From: the human T2T-CHM13v2.0 reference genome, Homo sapiens
Length of the DNA: 64,000 nucleotides
Assembly (NCBI RefSeq): GCF_009914755.1
Contig: NC_060929.1
Strand: one strand, 5' to 3'
The notes beneath the pieces were generated by a model. The model was not told the origin of the DNA. It was given only the letters and a program-made list of their open reading frames with translations, and ran no database searches. The position numbers and the translations under genes are program-made. Numbering within the stretch: position 1 is the first letter of the stretch; every line of letters begins with the position of its first letter. This document shows, in pieces, positions 51,305-64,000 of the stretch.

Positions 51305-51900
51305 GGTGATTCCTCAAAGACCAAGAGGCAGAAATACCATTTGACCCAGCAATCCCATTACTAGGTATATACCCCAAGGAATATAAATCATTCTATTATA
51401 AAGATACTTGCATGCATATCACAATAGCAGCACTATTCACTGTTAGCAAAAACATGGAATCAACCTAAATGCCCATCAGTGATAAACTGGATAGAGAAAA
51501 TGTGATACATATGCACCATGGAATACTATGCAGCAATAAAAAAGAACGAGGTCATGTCCTTTGCAGGGACATGGATGGAGTTGGAAGCCATTATCCTCAG
51601 CAAACTAATGCAGGAACAGAAAACCAAACACCACGTGTTCTCACTGATAAGTGGGAACTGAATGATGAGAACACATGGACACATGGAGAGGAACAACACA
51701 CACTGGAGCCTGTCAGAGGGGGTGGTGTGGGGAGAGGGGGAGCATCAGGAAGAAGAGCTAATAGATGCCGAGCTTAATATTTAGGTGATGGGATTATCTG
51801 TGCAGCAAACAACCATGGCACACATTTACCTATGTAACAAACCTGCACATCCTACACATGTACCCTTGAACTTAAAATGAAAGTTAAAGAAAAAAAAAAA
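51305..51900 (+). mobile_element. L1P 3' end fragment
   Basis: CCATTTGACCCAGCAATCCCATTACT...ACATGTACCCTTGAACTTAAAA plus poly-A. Confidence 0.88.
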
Positions 51901-52733
51901 CAAAGTGTGCCTGTTGTTATTATTATCCAAATTACTACTTTGACATTGATAGGCACTTGTGTCTCCTTGCTCTTAAACGAGACCCTTTGCCTTGTGCAGC
52001 AGGCTGTAGTAATTTTGTGAGCAGAAACATTTTTACCATTTCTCATGTCTTCTCCAGTCCCTCAGGGTGTATTTCCTGAGATGATAAGAGTGTTTTAGAA
52101 AGTGTCAGTCATATGAGAAGAAGAGAGTTTCTTTCTAACATTTTAAAGGGAAAAATAGCTCCGAACTTTCCACATGTACCAGTTGAGGGAACAAACATGC
52201 AAAGTGACCTTCATACCGTGGGAGTGGAAAAGAAGAGATTTCATTCTGTGGGGAGGAAGTCTTGCAACAATATTATCTCAAGAGTAAATATCTGACTGCA
52301 ATCAGATCTTTCTTCCTAACCAAATTTGTGATGCAACACATGTTGTGTTTCTTTGAATGTTAGCATCTCTGTGCTCTTGCGGGGGTAGGTTTTCTGAGCT
52401 GTGAATGGCATTTCATGTTGAGCATCTCTCCTGCATGAAGAGGACCTGGGGAATGGAATTTTCTGTTTTAAGGAGTGTTTCTGTGTTGAAATTCAGTAAA
52501 GATGCCTCTTAGAATGCACTTTAATAGAATGCATCTTTATTTTAATAATATTAATTCTTAAAAATATCTTAATCTTTATGTATGGGGCCTTTAGGATGGA
52601 GGCAATATACACATTTACTGATTAATTTAGTACACATGTTCTGCTCAGATGGGCTTTCTCACCCACTGGGGTTTTGTGGAAACTTTTCTGATGTTAAAAT
52701 ATTATGTCAAGAAATACTTTGGTAATTAGGCAG

Positions 52734-54301
<1,568 letters not shown>

Positions 54302-54627
54302 GGTAGGTAGAAATCTTTAATTTTATGAAGGATTATGCTAGCCTTGCTGGCTTTTGGAAATTGAAAAGTAAGTTAAGTGTTGTTATGAAACCATCCTTCC
54401 TCCAATCTTCCTTACTTTCTTCTGAATCAAATACATGACTCCACCTACCTCTCACTTTCCAGGAATGGCAGGTGTTGGAGTCAGGCATTTGCCATTTTAA
54501 CTGCCAACTCTGGAAAATGAGGAATTGGTTTGTTTAGTCTGGAGCAGAGCAGAATGTTCATGTTCAGTTGAACATGATAGCTGTTTTCAATTTTGAAAAA
54601 GCTGGAAGAGAGTTTAGACTTGTTTTC

Positions 54628-54932
54628 TTTTCTTTCTTTTTTTTTCTTTTGAGACAGAGTCTCACTCTGTTGCCCAGGATGGAGTGCATTGGCATGATCT
54701 TGGCTCACTGCAAGCTCCGCTTCCTGGGTCCGAACCATTCTCCTGCCTCAGCCTCCTGAGTAGTTGGGATTACAGGTGCCTGCCACCATGCCCAGCTAAT
54801 TTTTGTATTTTTAGTAGAGATGGGGTTTCACCATATTGGTCAGGCTGGTCTTGAACTCTTGACCTCAAGTGATCCACCTGCCTCAGCCTCCCAAAGTGCT
54901 AGGATTATAGGTGTGAGCCACTGCACCTGGGC
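54628..54932 (-). mobile_element. AluS
   Basis: TSD TAGACTTGTTTTCT. Confidence 0.9.
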
Positions 54933-55525
54933 TAGACTTGTTTTCTGTAAATCCACAGGGAAGAACTAGTTCTGGTGGGTAGAAGTTGGAATTAATAAGA
55001 CTTTTGAATGACTAGAGCTGTTCAGATACAGAGGCAATTACCTCACAAGCTAGTGCGCTCCTTATCACTATCTGTGTTTAAGCAGGTTCTGACCAAACCC
55101 ATCTTGGCAGTGTTCTTGAGGAGACAGCTGTATTGAGTAGAAGGTTGATCTCTAAGTTTCCTTTCATGATTGATATTCTGCATGTCTAGCTAGCATCTGT
55201 GGAGAACCAAACAGTGAATCTTGGGCTGGGGGAGATTTGGAGAAGGGGGTCTTCCTTGGATCTTTTAAAAGGCACCCTCCTTGTGGCCCTCTACTGTGCC
55301 CACTTATAAAACTGCCCCTAGTGCCTTGGTCTCCTGAAAATAGTTTAAGAAAACAAGTGTAATTTGGGTGGCTGGCTCAAATGTCAGAGACTGAACAAGT
55401 CTATTGCCCTGCAGTCCCTGAGCTTTGAGTTATCCCTGACACCCTGTAGTGGCTGCATTCTGTCAGCTGGTCTCCCAGGGGTGCCTTCCTTTTCTGAACT
55501 CTGTTTTTTCTTCATCACTGATGCA

Positions 55526-55848
<323 letters not shown>

Positions 55849-56993
55849 TCAATGATGCATTTCCACATTCCTTCTTAAAATTGCCTTAAAAATTTTACTG
55901 ACCCTTTAAAGTGTATGAGTATGCTTTCCGTACAGTCATAGATTGGCAGTAGTTCCCGAATGACTGGATTACAAAAATTATGAAAACACAGATAAGAAGA
56001 AAATATAAACTCAAAAGTGATCATTGAAATTTTGGTATGTTGCATACACTTGACTTATGCTGCAGGATGGGTTTGCATCCTACCCCACCTCCTTTACGGA
56101 GCCCCTGCATCATGCAATGGAGGAGTGGGGAGAAGTGTTAGTGGTAGGTGAGCTCAGAAGCCTGAAGGGTCTGGTTGTTTCATAGTGCATAGTTGTGTAC
56201 CTCTGCTCTTTCCATCCCTCCCACAACCCCCACCAGCAGAATCTGAACTGTCTCTTGTTCCCCATTCTGCACTCCAAATAAGCATGGCTGAAAATGGGTG
56301 GTGACTAACCCAAAGGCCACAAGAAGGACAAGGCAAGTTCCTGAGGAGAAGGCAAAGTGGTTGAAAGGTCCTCACAGCTGCAAGGCCAGAAAACAAAGAA
56401 CAGGACGAAGCTCTGAAAGGTGCTACTGCCTGAGGTGGGTACAGCTCTCAGGGATTAGGACAGTGGCAGGTAGTGTCTGCCGGGGTGGCAGGGCTGGTGG
56501 ACCGGCTAGCAGTGCAAATCTTAAATCTCCCACAGTGTGATCTTCCTATGGGCTGGGATACAATGATAGAACCTGAAGAAATGACTGAAAGTCTCGAAGA
56601 TGCTGTGTGAGTTTGGCTAACACTAAGGCCATTTTGTTGCTCACTTACTAAGTGAATCGCCCTTCTATCCTCTCCTCCCCTTCCCCCCTTGGAAGTTCCC
56701 TTCCATGAGAATGGACTGGGTCAAGGATGATATTATGAGCATGTAACAACTACCTTTTCAGGGGCCTGGAACAGGATGGAAACAGGCCTAACATCTAGGC
56801 AGGTTAGATGACTTTGTACTTGCTGGTCTTATGTGTGTGTTCCTGAGGAATGATTAGAGCAGTGAGAATGGAGAAATCCTTGTTGATCTGAGGGCATAGA
56901 AAGATTTTAACATTTAACTACCACCAACTGTTCTGAGCACAGTGCTGGAGTTACATGTATTTTTTATTTACAAAAATGTAATCACACTATGTA

Positions 56994-59741
<2,748 letters not shown>

Positions 59742-59806
59742 AAATGGTCATTTTTTTCTTTTATTCCTGAGAGAGAAGTATTTTTATGTTTATGTCCATT
59801 TTATGA

Positions 59807-60158
<352 letters not shown>

Positions 60159-60879
60159 AAAGTGCTTTATATACAGTAAAGACACTAACCCTTCATCTGT
60201 TATAATGCTACAGTTACCTTTCCCTGTTTGCCAATTAAGTTCTCAGTTTGGTTTTGTTGGTAAAAAAATATCTTTTCAGCATTTATATAGTCAAAATCTA
60301 TGGATACTGCATTTTTAAATTGATTTCACTGCTTTTATGATTAGAAATAACTTTATGAAACCTTGTGCTTATTTATTTGATATTGAATTGTACTTAATAT
60401 AAATTTGTAAACTTTCTTTTTGTATTCTGCAATCAATTTTTTTCAAAATAGTCAGTTATTAGTTAATTCTCCCTTTCCTTGCTTAATTGTAATGGCAACC
60501 TTATATATACTCAATCATTATTGACACTTTAGAGGAGGCTCCTCCTGTAGCCTGTTCACTGGAACTGTGGCTTGGGGAGCGGGGACCCCAGATATACCCT
60601 CTCTGTAGTGGTGTGCGTGAATTTGGGGGTACAGCCAAAGGCCATTTCAGGCACACTCCATAAGTCTTGTGGTAGGTCCCCAGTCAAAGTTCTTAGCTTC
60701 TAGAATTGTTGGTAGCACATCTGAAGGAATTAAAAGACTCAGAATAACCCTAAAGTTAGTGAAGACTGCTACACGATTACTTCCACAGAAAAACAGTATC
60801 TCCGAGTCTCTATAAGAGCACCCGCTGGTACTGCATTGCTCATGTGATCTTTTCAGGACCGTTTCAATGCCTGAGTAAC

Positions 60880-61150
60880 AGTCTTAATGATGGCCAGCAC
60901 TTAACATAGAGCTCACTGTATCTCACTGTATGCCCAGCACTGTGTAAGCACTTCCTAGAAATTGACTCTTTTGATTCTCACTGTATGAGGTTGAGGTAGG
61001 TACTACAATTATTCCCATTTTATGGATGAGGAAACTGAGGTACAGAGTAGAAACAAAGTGACTTATCCAAACTTGCACAGGTGGCAATTGGTAAAACCCA
61101 GGTAAGGCTGCAGCCTGTCAGGCCTTGGATCCCGCCCTCTGACCCCTGTG
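60880..61150 (-). mobile_element. MIR
   Basis: CCCATTTTATGGATGAGGAAACTGAGG. Confidence 0.7.
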
Positions 61151-61620
61151 CACTGTGGTCTGGAAGCACTCTTTCACTCAGAGACAAAGCCCTCATATAT
61201 TCCAGTGAACTTGTGACCTCTTTTTGGTGCTGGATGGACATTCCACATTTTCACATTCCATTCTCACTGACTCACGGCAGCTTGTACCCTTCTTTCCACC
61301 CTGTTGCACAAGCTGTGTGGCATGGTGTTTTGCCTTACACATCATTGTGCTAGAGTTTATACTCACTGTAGCAAAAATAACCTTTAAATATTAACCCAAA
61401 ATTGGAAGCACACCTGTGAACAATTGGCTGGCTGTACAACAGGGAGGGAATTAAGGCTAGTGGTAATAGCACAAATATTCTAAAGTGAGGTTGAACAAGT
61501 TCTTTTAAAACATTAAGATAAATATCAAATGGCCAAGGGACAAATAGTTCTCATATTGAAGCACAGAAAAAAAGTAAAATTTTTAAAATTTATTTTCTAA
61601 GATTAGCATAAACTGGTAAA

Positions 61621-61621
<1 letters not shown>

Positions 61622-61659
<38 letters not shown>
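61622..61659. repeat. (AC)19 microsatellite
   Basis: Perfect dinucleotide run. Confidence 0.97.
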
Positions 61660-61661
<2 letters not shown>

Positions 61662-62074
61662 GTACCTATAGACCAATTCGGTTTGTGAATACAAAATTGT
61701 AAGTTTCAAATTAAATTCTACTGGATCAATTTCAGTTGGGTATTGAAATAAAATAATGCATCATGGCCAAATACAGTTTATTCTAGAATATAAAGATACT
61801 TTGGTTGGAGGATATCTATTAATAAAATATGTCATACCAATAGAACAAAGGAAAAATAAGTGATTGTATGAGCAAACACCAGAAAGGCATTTATGAAATT
61901 TGACCCCTATAAGATAAACAGATAAAAAGTGCTTATCTATTTCAAACCAGTTGCAAACATTATACGTAATAGTGAAACAATAGAGAAGGGAAGAAATAAG
62001 ACAAATTCTAACAAATGCAGTAAGATATGAAGCAAAAAGAAATGAAATGTAATAATTATAAAGGAAGAGCAAAA

Positions 62075-62335
62075 TAATAATAATTTATTAATAGCTAACT
62101 TTTACAGACGAATTTTCTTTCAGGCACTGTCCTAACAATTTTATTGGAATTAGGCCATTTATTTGTTTCAGCAACTTTATGAAGTAGGTAGTATTTAACC
62201 CCTCCGCTCCATTTAAAGATGAGAAAATTGAAGCACAGAAAGGTTCAACAACTTTCCCAGAGTTGCACAGCTATTAAATGACAGGATTTGAAACCAGTCC
62301 ATCTGGCCTGAAGCCGGGGTTCTCAACCACTATGT
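62075..62335 (-). mobile_element. MIR within old L1 fragments (~61480-63200)
   Basis: GATGAGAAAATTGAAGCACAGAAAGGTT...GGATTTGAAACCAG. Confidence 0.6.
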
Positions 62336-63453
62336 GGCACTGACCATCAGGGTTTGAATGATTTAATTATCTATCAGACAGCACATGGGAATTATCCATA
62401 GAATAAGTAGAATTAATAAGATTCAATTAAGTTAGTCAGATTTAAAAATAAATATAAAACGAGATAGTTCTATATTAAATAACATAAGGGGGAAAATAAT
62501 TCATTACATGAAAATATAAAATACCCAGGAATAAACCTCACCAAAATATCATAATTTAAATGAGAAAAACTATATTGTGGTCCTGGTGTTCTACCTTCTG
62601 AGACTAAGATGCCTTCTGGATAAAAACTTTATTGTGGGATATAACAGAAAAGTTGGATTTATGGAAATGCATACCATAGTCCTAGACAGGAGGACTAAAG
62701 AGTATATACAATTTTAATTATTACCAGATTAAAATATGTTTACTCTCATTTCAATCAAAGTTCCAACAATTGTTTGGGAGGAGGTGTCAGGAAAACATTA
62801 ACTTTTATTTGTAAAAATAAATAGATAATTATGTTTTAAAGAAAACAAAAGAATATATTTAAGTATTTGCTTATTAGTACACTGAATCTCTCTGGAAGGA
62901 TGCATAAGACATTGGTTACATTATTTTGCTTCCAGGGAAGGGAATTGGACCACTGAAGGTAGGAGCGGGGATGGATTACTCATCGGACATTTTAAATACC
63001 TTAAAAGTGTGTGAATATATTACCATTCTAAAAGCAAAAACAAAGAAAACAACAAACAAAAAGTAGGTAAGAATATCCAATAAAATTGAAAAAAAAAACA
63101 ATATTGAGGGAGATTTCCTCTATCGAATAGTACAACATATAAAACTGTAATAATTAAAATAGTGAGATTCTGCTTCAAAACTAGATAGATTACTAGAGCA
63201 GCAAAGAGTCCAGAAACTTGCCTGAGACTAGCATGGCAGATGGAAGTAAACAGATAGGCTGGCTTACGAGCAAAGGGAGAGTTTTATCCAGAAGGCGTCG
63301 TAGTCTCGGAAGATAGAACACCAGGACCAGAGGGCAGGGAAAGCAGAAGCACTGCAAAGCCTATGAGTGTCCCTGAAGGATTAATTTCCTTCTGATGTGG
63401 TTTACCTGCTCAGGCAATTCTGTCTCTTCCAACTTCCAAATGAAAAAGAGGTA

Positions 63454-63805
63454 TGTATTAGTCTGTTCTCATGTTGCTAATAAAGACATATCTGAGACTG
63501 GATAATTTATAAAGGAAAGATGTTTGATGGACTCATCCACATGGCTAGGGAGGCCTCACAATCATGGTGAAAGGCAAAGGAGAAGCAGAGGCACATCTTA
63601 CATGGTGGCAGGCAAGAGAGCTTGTGCAGGGGAACTCCCATTTATAAGACCATCAGATCTTGTGAGTCTTATTCACTACCACAAGAACAGTATGGGGGAA
63701 ACCACCCCCATGATTCAATTATCTCCACCTGGCCCTGCTCTTGACACATGGGGATTATTACAATTCAAAGTGAGATTTGGGTGGGGGCACAGCCAAACAA
63801 TATCA
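63454..63805 (-). mobile_element. THE1 MaLR LTR
   Basis: TGTATTAGTCTGTTCTCATG...CAGCCAAACAATATCA. Confidence 0.88.
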
Positions 63806-64000
63806 GGGTGCTCTGCCACGAATTCATTAGAGAGGAAGTGAAGGCTTGGAGTGTGGGATGTTCACTTGACCTGGGGAGACCAGTCATCCATGTGACCTTA
63901 GGTGAGTCATTTATAATAATCACTAGCACTTACTAAGTGATTCTGTGGGCCCGGCGTGGTGCCAGGTACTTTGTATGCATTACTTCATTAAATCTTTATA

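Overview
Repeat-rich primate DNA, most likely human because it carries an SVA_F-type insertion. The window lies inside ANKRD55 (minus strand). Four internal coding exons (123, 131, 110 and 61 nt) have canonical AG/GT boundaries and compatible phases, and they splice into ankyrin-repeat sequence (GDSSEEVDL...EINHQDNE). The large upstream intron holds a plus-strand processed C1GALT1 (T-synthase) pseudogene that appears near full length: CpG-rich 5' UTR, disabled CDS, about 4.7 kb of 3' UTR and a poly-A near 49157. Mobile elements include a 5'-truncated SVA with a short 3' transduction, a solo HERV-K LTR5 nested in an Alu, a solo HERV-W LTR17, MaLR LTRs, Tigger3/MER44/MER5 DNA transposons, L1/L2/L3/MIR relics and about 40 Alus. 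Structure not explained by repeats includes a ~153-bp, ~95%-identical inverted duplication (5519-6375), a 123-bp direct duplication bracketing one exon, a 25-bp exact duplication, and candidate poison or alternative exons in the intron upstream of the 61-nt exon. Most ORFs in the supplied track are Alu, L1 or microsatellite artefacts. Repeat subfamily names and exon numbering come from recall, not from a database search. No convincing new multi-gene system is present.
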